Assembly (NCBI GenBank): GCA_973895155.1
Contig: OZ316896.1
Span: forward strand, 21,210,152-21,274,151
Direction: 5' to 3'
Length of the DNA stretch: 64,000 nt
Source: Marsupella aquatica
Taxonomy: Eukaryota; Plantae; Marchantiophyta
Shown: piece after piece, positions 25,313 through 39,100 of the stretch
Numbering within the stretch: the first letter of the stretch is position 1
Layout: each line of letters begins with the position of its first letter
Translations under genes and position numbers: made by a program
The notes under the pieces: model-generated
Database searches by the model: none
Told to the model about the DNA's origin: nothing
The model's input: only the letters and a program-made list of their open reading frames with translations

Positions 25313-26118
25313 GAGTCCTCTACCAAAAGTGGTGATCCGAACATTTGAACTTCTAAAATCTCGTGACCGAGCTAGAACTACAAATTAATTCTCCTCTCCC
25401 TTAGGTCACATCATGCATGGAAAGCTCCGTAATTTGTGGGTTTTTATAACCTAACAGACAAGCTAACAGAATCTCGTTAAAAAATTTAAGGGAAAACCGT
25501 TAGAAACTTTCCATCAAATTCAAATGCAATCTTGTTGCTGCCACCATATATTAGCAAGGATGAAAGAATGTTGTTTCACATGAACCTGCCGGACAGGCAA
25601 GAAAGCAAGGGAATTCCTTTCGGAGTTCATATAATAGTATCCTAGCCTGACCAATACCTTGTGAACCAATCCAATGTAGCGGTGCTATATAATTAGGCTT
25701 AATTCCTTGTACAGATTTTCTTTCTAAGATACCTACTGTAGGTTTCAACGGCGTTAATCTTGTTCTAACTAGGTCGAGAGGGAGTGCTGCAAATAATAAT
25801 CGTACCATGATTATCTCCCTCTTGTCTCTTGTGACTCCACTCATTGATCGATCTGGATCAACTTGATGCACTGATTTCGGTTTAGATGTCTAGCTCTAGT
25901 CATTTCGTATCAGGTGAACCATAGTGCGTTGATGCTGCATGTGCTGCTTCATGTGACCCTTGCTTAGGGTTTGCCCTCACTCTCAAGGTTACTAATTAAT
26001 TATTGACTAGCTTCTTTTTTCTGGGTGAGCTCATAAGATGTGCTAATTGGCATTCCAACAGTTAGTAATTGAAATGAGATCGATCGGGAGCCCCGGAGTC
26101 TTTTTAGTAAGGACCTCC
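25313..26118. mobile_element. ~0.8-kb insertion specific to copy 2, imperfect TIRs
   Basis: Absent from copy 1 near 19625. Ends GAGTCCTCTACCAAAAG and CTTTTTAGTAAGGACCTC are approximate inverted repeats. Confidence 0.5.
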
Positions 26119-28452
26119 CCCTGGACAAGGACATACGTCTTGGACAAAATCAGACATTAGAGTAATTTAGGTACCTTCTCCCAAGTCGACGCTGCCAGCA
26201 TATTACAAGGAACAGGCTCGCTCCACCTGTACATTTTCTAGGCTCGATCTGACCTCTTTTCTAAGATGTTTTTGTTTAAATCTTAATTTAAATGAAGAAC
26301 TTGATATAAGAATGTAAGATTTTAGTAGCTAGTTCAGAGTGTAATCTGTCAAAACATATTCTGAATCGTGACCTGCTAATTAATGTGTCGATATATTCTC
26401 ATCCGGAAATGTGTTTAAAATAGTGCTCTCTCTACATCTTCTTGGATCTCTGCTAGGTACTTTCCAGCTTCTCCATGCTAGAAGTTAGATGCGTTGGAAA
26501 ACAAATGACCCACAGTGTGGAGAATATGCATTTATTAAATTTTACCTGTCACTGAGAAAGTTGCCATACTCACTAGTTGTGAATGAATGCATATGGTCAG
26601 TAAATTTGTTCTTACACAGATTTGAGCCAAGAAAAACTAACTACAAAGGAACCTAATCAGAAAACACTAGTCATCAACGTTCTAGTACTTCTTAGAAAAT
26701 TTACACAGTGAATTAGGACTTCACTCTTAACAAAACCTTTCTACTGACTGACAAGCAGATGCTTTATTTTTCATGATTGAGAAAGATAAATGTTAGAGAT
26801 ATTATTCTTCAGCACGTATGTACTTAATATTAGTATTTGATTGTAATAGTCATTCTCACATCCTGGATTTCCTCAAATTAAATTAAGTGGATGGTGCTGA
26901 TGACTGTGTATATATTTGTGCTTGTATTTGAGACCATTTTCCAGATAATTGTAATTAATGGCAACAGCTGTAGTATTAATTTTTTATTGTTGTGTACTTC
27001 CAATGCTTCAAGGGCTGGTGGTACTGCCTGTTGTTTCAATCGGTCAAAGGCCGTAGGGATAGGAAACTTACAATGTCAAAGCTCTTCGACACCTCCAACT
27101 TGCCCATGCATCATGCTCTAATATATTTGCCTTATTAGTTTGTTTCCAAAGTGTACTAGCTGCTGTTGTACAAGAGTTTGATGGTACCTAAGTTATTTCT
27201 TGTTAGATTGCTTAGAAATAAATCCGAAGGAGTCCCGGGAAGGAGTCAAAGTGCTTCCAAAATGAACAAGCCATTCCAACTGGACGGCTTCTTATACATT
27301 ACCCTTCCTCCAAGTTTGATATATAAACATTATTTGGGCTAATCCGCCCATGCCTTGCTCTATCTACCTACGGTTTCGTTGATGGCATATATGCACCCTA
27401 TCTCGATCAGATTAAGGTATGGATTCAAGTATCTGAGACTTCAGCCAGATAACAGCTAGGTAAATTCAACAACAACACATGGTGATACCAGACCTCCGGC
27501 CAGACCATCATGGCTCTCTACGCTTAATTGAAAACAGCTCAAACAAAAAAGCCTTATGCCAGGCAGACAATGGTGAGTCGAGGAAGGAGAAGAAGCTCAA
27601 AAGCAAGATATATCCATATATGTGAACGTACTGTTGGATTGAGGGGCATTCATTGGAGTGTTCAAATCAATCATGGACCATATATATATTTAATGGATGC
27701 GATCGAAAACAAAAACTATATATGGATTTTGGATACACCATAACAGATGAATGGGAAGAAAGCATGAATAAAGATCCTGACTAGTGTCCACCTCCACTTC
27801 CACCAGAGAAGTGACATGCATGCATCTCGAAGTGCCAGCGACAAATCACTTTCTCCATCATCCCCTGGGCACTAGCTAGGTAGCACAAGCTACTCCTACT
27901 GTTCCAGAGAAAAGTCTCTTGGCACCTTTACTTTTCCCGGCCACAAATTAACTATCTGCGCGCTAGCTTGTACGTTACTCACCACTTGTCACTAGGCACC
28001 TCACGGTTTGATGAGTAGAGCCCGTACTCACATCCATACGATCGATGATCGACTTGTCTCTCCTCGTTCCAGAGGCAAGCTAGTCACTTGGCACTTCCTT
28101 CTCACGTACTAGGATGTAGCCAGTGCGTACATGCATGTCACTAGGCACCACACCATTTGACTCGCAAGTGACTAGCTTGCTTCTTCTCAATATCAAGGGC
28201 CCTTGTGGACTCTAATTGTTCCATTCGTATATCCTGCAGCAAGACAGTGCTCTCAAGGCCACGATTGAATCGTTTCCCTTTGTATCTAGCAATTTGTTGC
28301 ACTCTACACATTCAAAAGCTTGTTCCATACTGTCTAGCTTGTGTACGTTCTAGCTCGATCTGGTCGAGTATCGATCAGGTTCTAGATTTTGATCTTCACT
28401 CGATCATTACATATCTGGGCCTAGCTAGGTTGTGATCACCATTTGCGTCAAT

Positions 28453-29154
28453 ATGAGCTTCGGGGCTGATGTTTACGGGGAGCTTCAAGGGCTGCCCAGC
28501 CGGAGAGACGTTGCGGAGACTCACCAGACGAGTAGGAGAGAATATGAGGAGGAGGGACGATTTAATTCCATCCTGCGGCGAATTGATTTCTCCCCATTGA
28601 TTTCTGTTGGAAAGAGTGGGGAGGTGAGGAGCCAGGTCAGTAGGAAAGCTCTTAGATGCAGGAACTGTGGACTATCTGGACATACCAGGAGGATGTGCCC
28701 AACTGTGGGGTTCCATGCTCCCTATCATTCTGCAAGGAGCAGCTGTAGAAACTTCAGGACCTGTGCAAAAGTCGAACATGATGGCCTTATATGCCCAGGT
28801 CTCGACCTTTCTGCAAGGAGCAGTCCAACCGGCAGTACCTATGGACAAACAGGACATGATAGGAGGACGTGGCCATTTTCAGCACCTCACCGTCCACACA
28901 ATGGTGTATTTTCGGCACCTCATTCTCCAGACACCGCTACGTTGTTGGCACCTGATGCTCGATTCACGGCTTCTTCAGAGGGGCTATGCAAAAGGGAAGC
29001 GGATCATTCTTTGCGACAGACAATAGACTCTTCCTTAAGTGGCGGAGGGAACGGCAAAGATAAGATGGAGAGACCCCAATGTCGTTCTCTACAGCATGAT
29101 GAGCCTGAGACATTAATTAGGCTCATTGGGTCTTTGACGCTGGACAGTCACTAA
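28453..29154 (+). CDS. Intronless CCHC zinc-knuckle protein, copy 2 (233 aa)
   Basis: Paralog of 21971-22627. The ATG is at 28453; the ORF track's 28432 start is a GTG. Differs from copy 1 by in-frame 9-, 33- and 3-nt indels. Confidence 0.8.
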   Translation: MSFGADVYGELQGLPSRRDVAETHQTSRREYEEEGRFNSILRRIDFSPLISVGKSGEVRSQVSRKALRCRNCGLSGHTRRMCPTVGFHAPYHSARSSCRNFRTCAKVEHDGLICPGLDLSARSSPTGSTYGQTGHDRRTWPFSAPHRPHNGVFSAPHSPDTATLLAPDARFTASSEGLCKREADHSLRQTIDSSLSGGGNGKDKMERPQCRSLQHDEPETLIRLIGSLTLDSH

Positions 29155-29880
29155 GAGTCGAAAAGGAATGCACGGCTTAACTTCATTGAGAACTGGGATC
29201 GAAAAATAGTTAACTGCTCTGCACACACTCAACGCGTTAGCAAAGTATGCCTACACCTGATCGACTCTAAGGTGATCTAACTGTAGAGATGAAGATATAT
29301 CATTTGGACGAGCGTCACAAGCGCGCGCCAGGAGTATAAGTACATGAACGTAATCAGACTTAGTCCACAGGCTCCCTTGGACAGTCACATGCACGCAGCA
29401 CCGGGCGCAAGCACCACCTGAATTTCTGATTCCTTGGCATACAAAACATAACCAGTGCCCCTATTGTACGGGCAAGATATGTATCAGCTAGATGCCCAGA
29501 CAATCGTAGAGGAGGGTCATCGTTGGAAAGCTAGACAATGGTCTGTCATTATTGTAAGCACGCGCAGTCTTACTATCTAATACCGGGACTAGTCCGGGAC
29601 TAATACAATATCTTTTTGCCAAAAGTATCACAGTCACTTGTACTTTGGTCTAAATTGGTCCGACTGCTTGGGATTTGTATTTGTGCAGGTAGCTGTACGT
29701 TGACGTGCATGAATATATGATGACAAATGTTTATATAGCTACCTTGGATCGATGCTTGCTATACTTACATACACATACTGCAGATCGATTGATTCGATGA
29801 AAATAATTAAGATACAAATGTGTTCATTCTCCCCACCTCACCTGATTAGGAACGGGATTAGGAATGAATCTTACCTACTG

Positions 29881-32800
29881 ACCTGTGAGAAAGTCACCAT
29901 ACTCACTAGTTGTGAATGAATGCATGTGGTCAGTAAATTTGTTATTACACAGATTTGAGCCAAGTTAAGAAAAACTAACTGCAAAGGAACCTAATCAGAA
30001 AACACTAGTCATCAACGTTCTAGTACTTCTAAGAAAATGAATTTACACTAGATAATTAGGATTTCACTCTTAATAAAATCTTTCTACTGACTGAAAAGCA
30101 CATATATGCTTTACTTTTCATATATATTGATGGAGATAGACGTTAGAGAAATTATTCTTCAGCACGTACTTCATATTATTATTTGATTGTAATAGTCATT
30201 CGATCATCAAACTTTTCTCACATCCTGGATTTCCTCAAATTAAAGTGGATATATGGTGCTGATGACTGCATGTGCATATATTTGTGCATATATTTGAGAC
30301 CATTTTCCAGATAACTGTAATGGCAACAGCTGGGGTCGATCTTTTTTATTCTTGTGTACTTCTAATGCTTAAAGGGCTGGTGGTACCGCCTGTTGTTTCA
30401 ATCGATCAAAGGCCGCAGGGAGAGGAAACTCACAATGTCAAGCTCTTCGACACCTCCAACTTGCCAATGCATCATGCTCTAATTTGCCTTATTAGTTTAT
30501 TTCCAAAGTGTACTAGCTGCTGTTTTACGTACAAGAGTTCGATGGTACCTTTATTTATTGTTAGATTGCTTAGAAATAAATCCGAAGGAGTCCCGGGAAG
30601 GACTCAAAGTGCTTGCAAAATGAACAAGCCATTCCAACTGGACGGCTTCTGTATACGTTACCCCTCCTCCAAGTTTGGTAAACATTATTTGGGCTGATCC
30701 GCCCATATGTGCCTTGCTCTACCTACGGTTTCGTTGATGGCATATATGCCCCCTATCTCGATCAGATTAAGGTATGGATTCAAGTATCTGGTCTTCAGCC
30801 AGATAACAAGTAAATTAAACAACACATGGTGATGCCAGACCCCCGGTCAGACCATCGTGACTCTCTACGCTTAACTGAAAAATAGCTCAAACAAAAAAGC
30901 CTTATGCCACAAGCCTTATGCCACAATGGTGAGTCGAGGATGGATAAGAAGCTCAAAAGCAAGCTATATACATATATGTGAACGTACTGTTGGATTGAGC
31001 GGCATTTATTGGAGTGTTCAAATCAATCATGGACCATATATATATTTAATGGATGCGATCGAAACGGAAAACTGTGGATTTCGGATACACCATTACAGAT
31101 GAATGGGAAGAAAGGATGAAAGATCCTGACAAGCTAGTGTCCACCTCCACTTCCACAAGACAAGCGACTTGCATGCGTCTGGGAGTGCCAGCTACAAATC
31201 ACTTTCTCCAACATCCCCTGGGCACTAGCTAGGTAGCACAAGCTACTCCTACTGTTCCAGAGAAAAGTCTCTTGGCACCTTTACTTTTCCCGGCCACAAA
31301 TTAACTATCTGCGCGCTAGCTTGTACGTTACTCACCACTTGTCACTAGGCACCTCACGGTTTGATGAGTAGAGCCCGTACTCACATCCATACGATCGACG
31401 ATCGACTTGCCTCTCCTCGTTCCAGAGGCAAGCTAGTCACTTGGCACTTCCTTCTCACGTACTAGCTAAGACGTAGCCAGTGCGTACATGCATGTCACTA
31501 GGCACCACACCATTTGACTCGCAAGCGACTAGCTTCTCTTCTTCTCAATATTAAGGGCCCTTGTGGACTCTAATTGTTCCATTCGTATATCCTGCAGCAA
31601 GACAGTGCTCTCCAGGCCACGATTGAATCGTTTCCCTTCGTATCGATCTAGCAATTTGTTGCACTCTACACATTCAAAAGCTTGTTCCATACTGTCTAGC
31701 TTGTGTACGTTCTAGCTCGATCTGGTCGAGTATCAGGTTCTAGATTTTGATCTTCACTCGATCATTACATATCTGGGCCTAGCTAGGTTGTGATCATCAT
31801 TAATTTGCGTCAACATGAGCTTCGGGGCTGACGTTTACGGGGAGCTTCAAGGGCTGCCCAGTCGGAGAGACGTTGCGGAGACTCACCAGACGAGTAGGAG
31901 AGAATATGAGGAGGAGGGACGATTTAATTCCATCTTGCGGCGAATTGATTTCTCCCCATTGATTTCTGTTGGAAAGAGTGGGCAGGTGAGGGGCCAGGTC
32001 AGTAGGAAAGCTCTTAGATGCAGGAACTGTGGACTATCTGGACATACCAGGAGGATGTGCCCGACTGTGGGGTTCCAAGCTTCCTATCATTCTGCAAGGA
32101 GCAGCTATAGAACCTCCAGACCCTCTGCAAAAATCGGACATGATGGAAGGATATGCCCAGGTCTCGACCTTTCTGCAAGGAGCAGTCCAACCGGCAGTAT
32201 CTATGGACAAACAGGACATGATAGGAGGACGTGGCCATTTTCAGCACCTCACCTTCCACACAATGGTATATTTTCGGCACCTCATGCTCCAGACACCGCT
32301 ATGTTGTTGGCAGCTGATGGTCGATACACGGCTGCTTCAGAGGGGCTATGCAAAAGGGAAGCGGATCATTCTTTGCGACAGACATTAGACTCTTCCTTAA
32401 GTGGCGGAGGGAACGGCAAAGATAAGATGGAGAGACCCCAATGTCGTTCTCTACAGCATGATGAGCCTGAGACATTAATCAGGCTCATTGGGTCTATGAC
32501 GCTGGACAGTCACTAAGAGTCGGAAAGGAATGCACGGCTTAACTTCATTGAAAATTGGGGATCGAACAATACTTAACTGCGCACACTCAATGCGCTAGCA
32601 AAGTATGCCTACACCTGACTCTAAGGTGATCTAACTGTAGACATGAATATATATCAATTGGATGAGAGCTAGACAAAAGCGCGCGCCAGGAGTATAGGTA
32701 CATGAACGTAATCAGACTTAGTCCACAGGCTCCCTTGGACAGTCACATGCACGCAGCACCGGGCGCAAGCACCACCCTGAATTTCTGATTCCTTGGCATA

Positions 32801-34459
32801 CAAAACATGACCAGTGCCCCTATTGCACGGGCCAGATATGTATCAGCTAGATGCCCAGACAATCGTAGAGGAGGGTCATCGTTGGAAAGCTAGACAATGG
32901 TCTGTCATTATTGTAAGCGCGCGCAGTCTTACTATCTAATACCGCGACTAGTGTGGGACTAATACAATATCTTTGTGCCAACAGTATCACACGTACTTCT
33001 ACTTTGGACCGACTGCTTTGGATTTGTATTTGTGCCTGCACTTTGACGTGCATGAATGATGGGCAATGTTTATATAGCTACCTTGGATGCTTGTTTGTAT
33101 GTACGTACACATACTGCACATCGATTCGATGAAAATAAGATACAAAATGATTTATTTCCCACCTCACCTGATTAGGAATCAATCTGACCGTGAGGCTATA
33201 GTTTTAGATAGTTACTTTCGCTTTGGCACGAGAGATCATGCCTCTTTCTGAACTCTAGGTATGTACCCTGGGCCCCAGACCACCGCTAGTAAACTATTTA
33301 GACCCACTTGTGAACCACTCCTTGTCTATTATATTTATTTATTTATTCATTTGGCCATCGATGCAGTTTACCCTTGTTTTTTTTGGAAGAACTCAATTAT
33401 TTTCTAGTGTTATGATGGATTCCAAGTATCTTATATAAAAGAACTTACAAAGATTAATTTTACCTTACATTCTAAAATTTAAACCATGAACCCTAAAGCA
33501 TTCAAGTGGGCCAGGGGACGGATCAATCATTCAAACGGGCTAGGTACATTAGTTCTCCCTTGTGTCCAATTAATGGTCCAGGTTAACCCCGTTGTGTTTC
33601 CAGGCAAAGCCCCCATCCTCCACAACCTCAACCCGGCCTCCACAACCTCAACCCGGGTCTCGATCAATCCAAACAAAACCCAAACCTCCAACCCGTGAAA
33701 CTTACAATACTCGTTTTGGACAATAGTTGCTTGACCCAAGTATTCTACAAATTGTATATAGTTTGTCACTTGAACTAGTGATATAATGGCGGATGTAATA
33801 TATGGCCGTTTGCACACCTCACCCTTCCTTCCATATAAAAAATATTAATTTGGTATATTTGGTAGAGTTTGGCAATACTAGAAAGGTATTCTGGAATATA
33901 TGTGTACAGGTTGTTTACTTGTACTCGATCCAGCTGTAAAAATTATCCCAAGATGGATAAAATGCACCCTGAATGGTTTTCATGTACTCCCAGTATTAGA
34001 GATTAAGGGAATGGGGGCGAGGGCTTGTGCATGACGCGCACTTGATATATAGAAGACTGACACTCAAGAGGTGCACTCATCAAAATGCAAGACAACTCGG
34101 TCATGGTATAGGTGCGTAGGCTACGGGTCGACTGTTCGAATTAAGTGTTCTTCTTTAGTATATATTTCTAAGCTTCCATGCCTGGCTGCCCGCCTGGCTG
34201 ATCTACCCATACAGCATGCAAACAGCTTGACCTCAGTCCCAATGTTCACCAATAAAAGAACTAAAAGTATCAAATTAACTAATTAAGCCATATGAGGCTG
34301 AGGCGTAAATTACAGTATAAGAAGTCGATACAAGAATTAAGCTAGTGCTCTAGCGAAAAGCTTGTGAAATTGGGTATTCTTTCTAGCATGCATTCTTTCG
34401 ATGGGTATGTGTCAATAATGCGAGCTAAATCACAAGGGAGCACCAAATGTGCATGAACA
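29881..34459. repeat. Duplication unit, copy 3 plus downstream flank
   Basis: Begins head-to-tail on copy 2 (matches 20042 onward); the distal flank matches 1216-1879 and 4851-5135. Confidence 0.9.
31815..32516 (+). CDS. Intronless CCHC zinc-knuckle protein, copy 3 (233 aa)
   Basis: Intact paralog with the same CX2CX4HX4C motif. Confidence 0.8.
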   Translation: MSFGADVYGELQGLPSRRDVAETHQTSRREYEEEGRFNSILRRIDFSPLISVGKSGQVRGQVSRKALRCRNCGLSGHTRRMCPTVGFQASYHSARSSYRTSRPSAKIGHDGRICPGLDLSARSSPTGSIYGQTGHDRRTWPFSAPHLPHNGIFSAPHAPDTAMLLAADGRYTAASEGLCKREADHSLRQTLDSSLSGGGNGKDKMERPQCRSLQHDEPETLIRLIGSMTLDSH

Positions 34460-36172
34460 GATCTAGAGTACACCTCGTTCCAGGGAAGGTCTAAACCGTT
34501 ACTGTACAGCCCGCTGAGCAGTCAATATAGACTCTGACTTAAGAGCATGGCCTTGTACAAGAGCAATATATCGTGATGCAAAAGTTCATCCTGCCCTGCG
34601 AGGTGGGTTTTGGTCGACATTATAAAGAATCACTCTAGCTCTTTGTAACTCGATATATGTTAATATATAACTGTCAAGTGCAGCAGCTGGAAATTGCTTT
34701 CTCTGTGTATCTTGCTCTTGCTCTGTGCATTGCGCTTTTATATCTGTACGACCAGTACGTGGTTCAAATTAAAGAGCTTTCAATAAAAGAAAGGAATGGT
34801 TCTAATTAATGATCTTCTGTCTGTTTTTGCCAGAAATTGAGGGATATATGTGCATAACCCTGTACTTTGTACGCGCGTCAATACAGATGCACACATGGAT
34901 TTTTTTCTACCAAAGAAATTAACACCACGCTTAAGTAGGGCGGCTCCTCTACGTACTGTCCAGTAGAATTCAAGACCACTTATACATCTCCACACTATAA
35001 TATCCAATCTCACCCGTCTGGTTCCACACTATAATATCCAATGTCACCGATGCATCTAGCTGACCGTCGGTTCATGAATTGTCATCATGGCGGAAAGAAA
35101 TTCTGGCTGTTAATTAGCTAGCTGAAAAAATGGTTTTTTGTCAATCATCCTTCAATTGGCAAAAAACGCCTTGCTAATATATCGATCGTGCAATGTGCAT
35201 GTGGGACCTAAAGTTTTTATTTTGCTTCACGGGACAGACAACTCTTTGCATGGCAAGCTCATAACTTACCACGTACAGTTGAAGTTCAGTAAACCGTTGC
35301 AGTTTGTTCCCATAAAGTCAGGCCTTACCATATGCTCCGCGCGATCCTAGTTAGTTATGTGGCCTTAATAATTCGATCTTGTCTATCCTAAGTACGTGAC
35401 ATACGTACGGACTCACAATTGTTGATCCAAAACGCCTAGTTGGCTTTCTTATGTATTTTTTTTAACATTCAAGGGAAACCGCTTTGCCTATCATTCACAT
35501 GGAGTACCCACTTAACTTGCAAAGGATAATTAAGGGTAAAGATAGGGAGGGCTGTCTCACATAAATAAATCGGGGAAATAAATTCCAATGATATATTTAA
35601 GGAATTTGCGGATACGTTATATACTTTGCTGTTTCAGCACCTGGCTCGACGGCCAATATATTTGAAAGGAACTAGATGATACCATATATGCACACAAATA
35701 TAACGTACAACAACCAGAGGAAGGAAAGATCACCGATTCACGTTGCATGATCAGTCCGGCCAATACAATTCTCCTTTCCTTGATTGACAATTAAAATGAT
35801 AGTTACAGCGTCAGGAATTTACAAAAGTTTGAGAGCTAGCTTCGTATAGATAATACTAGCTATGTTAAACTAGAGCAAAAGACATGTTTGATTCGTTGAG
35901 GATTAATTAGCTTGAGCCAGATTTCCAATCCCAATCCTAAAAAATTGTGACTTTCTACACGTACTAATGACTTCCACGAATTGAAGCGAAGATCAATCAT
36001 TGGATGTTATATAAATTCATCTCAAAACCACTATATATGCATTGGACTTCTTCGATAGCAGTATATAGCCTACTTTTTGTCACGTCCAGATACTCCAAAG
36101 ATAACTCAATCCAGCTAGAAGCAGAAACGGTAACCTGGCCCTGTACGTCTACCCACAGCTCAAAAGACCAAA

Positions 36173-37746
36173 TCACTGCCCCCTTCTTCCGGGGCCACGA
36201 CCAGCCCTGACACCTTCAGTTCTGGATGCTGATCTCTTCTTGCAAACATAAACAAGACGGCCACCTAAGGATATAGGTGACGACTCAATTGCAGCCTTGC
36301 CTGAAGCACTATCTTTGAACTGAACAAATGCATAGCATGCCCCATCGCTGTGGCCCTTTAGGGCCACCCCTCCAGCGTTTATGAGCCCAAACTGTCTAAG
36401 GGCGACTTCCAACTCCGAAGTGGAGGTGTTTACTGGCAGGTTCTTCATATAAACAGTCCATTCATCAACTGCTGAAGATGAAAGTTTCTTCAACTTCCCG
36501 AGCACATGCTGGGAATTAAGGGGTCGAATCTCTGGGAAGATGCGAATGTGACTCTTGAGAAAGAACTCGGGGTCCTGTGGTATATGACGAACTCACGGAT
36601 GGGGTGCTTGGAAAAGTAGATCTTGCAGCCTCCTTCACCCTTAAAACAGATGCATAGCTCAAAGAATGGTTAAGCCTCTTTGGAACTTCTTCCAATGTCT
36701 GTTCAGCTGAGGGACCAGGGACTAGAAGTGGACAACTCTGCTCGTCAATAACTATAGTCTCTGAGTTCGTCCCTGATTCTTGGATATTATCATCGTCAGC
36801 TTCTAGAGCTTGCATCGCAGCCACCAATTCTGACGTACAGGTTGTTGTCTTAGCCTGCTCGTAACCAGCTGAGGTAGTAATTTCCTTGGCCGCAAGCTCG
36901 ATCTCTGCTGAAAAGGTTGTTCCCTTCTCTTTCTCACTTTCCAATGGCCTGACTATTTCCTCTGCGGAAAGCTCCATCTCTGGTCTAGAGGCTGGCACCA
37001 ATTCTTGCCCGGCTTCCTGCTCAGCGCCCGCTAAGCTAATGGTTTCTTTCGCCCCAACCTCCACATCTGGTGTACAGATTAACGGTGACACTTCCTGCTC
37101 AGTGCCCGCAATTTCTTCCATCACCACTTTCACCCAGGGTCGGGAGGTTGCATTGTCCACAGACTCATGAGTTTCACCCACCACAAGATTCGCATCGACT
37201 TGTTGATTTTTGATCTTGGGAGACAAAGAGGACGATCGAGGACCCTGATTCTGGGTAGAGGAACATAACAAATTCATCAGCTGCAGCAGTCTCCAAACTC
37301 AATGTCTCAGAGCCTTCCCCATCCAGGTAACGGAAGATATCATTGTTGACAAAGTATTCCACCTTCTGAGGGATCATGACCAAAAAGAAGGTTTGAACAA
37401 AATTCCTGTTTCTACTATACCCCATGGAAGTAGAACCTGTCACGATTATAAGTATTCCCCCCGTGACGGACCTTTGAGAGTCCACAGTGAAGATATCCGT
37501 ATGAAAGCAGCGCGCCGCCACAATCGGTAGCCTTGAACTTCTGCTCGAAATCATATACTGACATCTCGGAACCCACTGTCCCATCGCTTCCTACCTCAGC
37601 CCGAGATATTGTACTTGAGGCTCTGTAAAATGTTTTAATTTAAGCACCAACTCCGGATGTTGTCTCAGAGTTTTGTAGTAATGATTCACACTTGCAACCT
37701 GTTGAGTAGCGGGGGTACCCGTAAAGAGCAAGCCAGCTGGTTCCAT
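36173..37746 (-). pseudogene. G3BP-like NTF2-RRM-RG protein, intronless, four frameshifts
   Basis: Reconstructed: MEPAG...QQVASVNHYYKTLRQHPELV / FYRASSTISRAE / VDSQRSVTGGILIIVTG...FVQTFFL...YFVNNDIFRYL (NTF2), an acidic linker, VYMKNLP...CYAFVQF (RNP2/RNP1) and a GRGPGRRG tail. Frame breaks near 37635, 37512, 37236 and 36516. Confidence 0.85.
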
Positions 37747-37827
37747 TGTAATTGTCAGGTTTGCTTCGCTTTCTATCCAAACTAAGAACTAAACCGAAAA
37801 TCTCTCTCTCTCGATCTCTCTCTCAGC

Positions 37828-38340
<513 letters not shown>

Positions 38341-38479
38341 CAAGGCACGGAAGAGAGCCAGCAACAAAACGTAGAGCGCGCAGAGAGAGAGAGGGAGAGA
38401 GAGAGAGCTAGGATCAAGCAAGAGCACGAATTAATGCAGGTGATAGTACCTGATTCTTCCTTAAATACCCTGAAAGAAC

Positions 38480-39100
38480 GGCAAGAAAGTCTGGAAAATC
38501 AGTGGGAACATGCATAAAACACAAACGCTGTTAGTGCTGTCTAGTGACAAATTGGAACGGACCAGGTACTTGGCAACTTAGAAGCTGAAAACCCTAGCCC
38601 AGAAAGTCTGGAAAATCAGTGGGAAGTTGAAACACAAACGCTGTTAATTAGTGCTGTCTAGTGGAAAATTGGAACAAACCAGGTACATGGCAACTTAGAA
38701 GCTGAAAACCCTAGCTAGCCCAGAAAGTCTGGAAAATATATCAGTGGAAAGATGTAACACAAAGGCTGTTAGTGCTGTCTATTGACAAATTGGAACAGGT
38801 ACATGGCAAAGTAGAATTAGCTGAAAACCCTAGCCCAGATGGCCCACTGAGCAATGACCATGCACGACTCATTTTGAAACACGTGGCATAGGGTTGAGAA
38901 TAGGAGACAGCTGCGTCGATCAGGCCCAAACTAACTGACCAAATTAAAGACGTTCTAGCAATTAATCAGTCGATCTGGACAGACTTTGGAATTTGTAACC
39001 AAGAGATAATTCACAAAAGACGTACAGCAATTAGTCAGTCCAGACATACTTTGGAATTTGTAACCAAGAGACACGGCTTACCACAGGGCACAGGCCCAAC
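38480..39100. promoter_or_regulatory. Triplicated ~115-bp unit with telo-boxes and nearby site-II-like motifs (putative promoter of the G3BP copy)
   Basis: AAACCCTAG near 38588, 38706 and 38825, one per repeat; GGCCCA near 38841, 38923 and 39093. Confidence 0.45.

Larger units (their letters stand above)
24420..29880. repeat. Duplication unit, copy 2
   Basis: Aligns to copy 1; carries an ~0.8-kb insertion and lacks ~190 bp (about 18997-19175) present in copy 1. Confidence 0.9.

Noticed and set aside
25533-26059. TGTTG...CAACA segment as a solo LTR
   Set aside because: Flanks AATCT and GTTAG do not form a TSD, and there is no second copy in the window.
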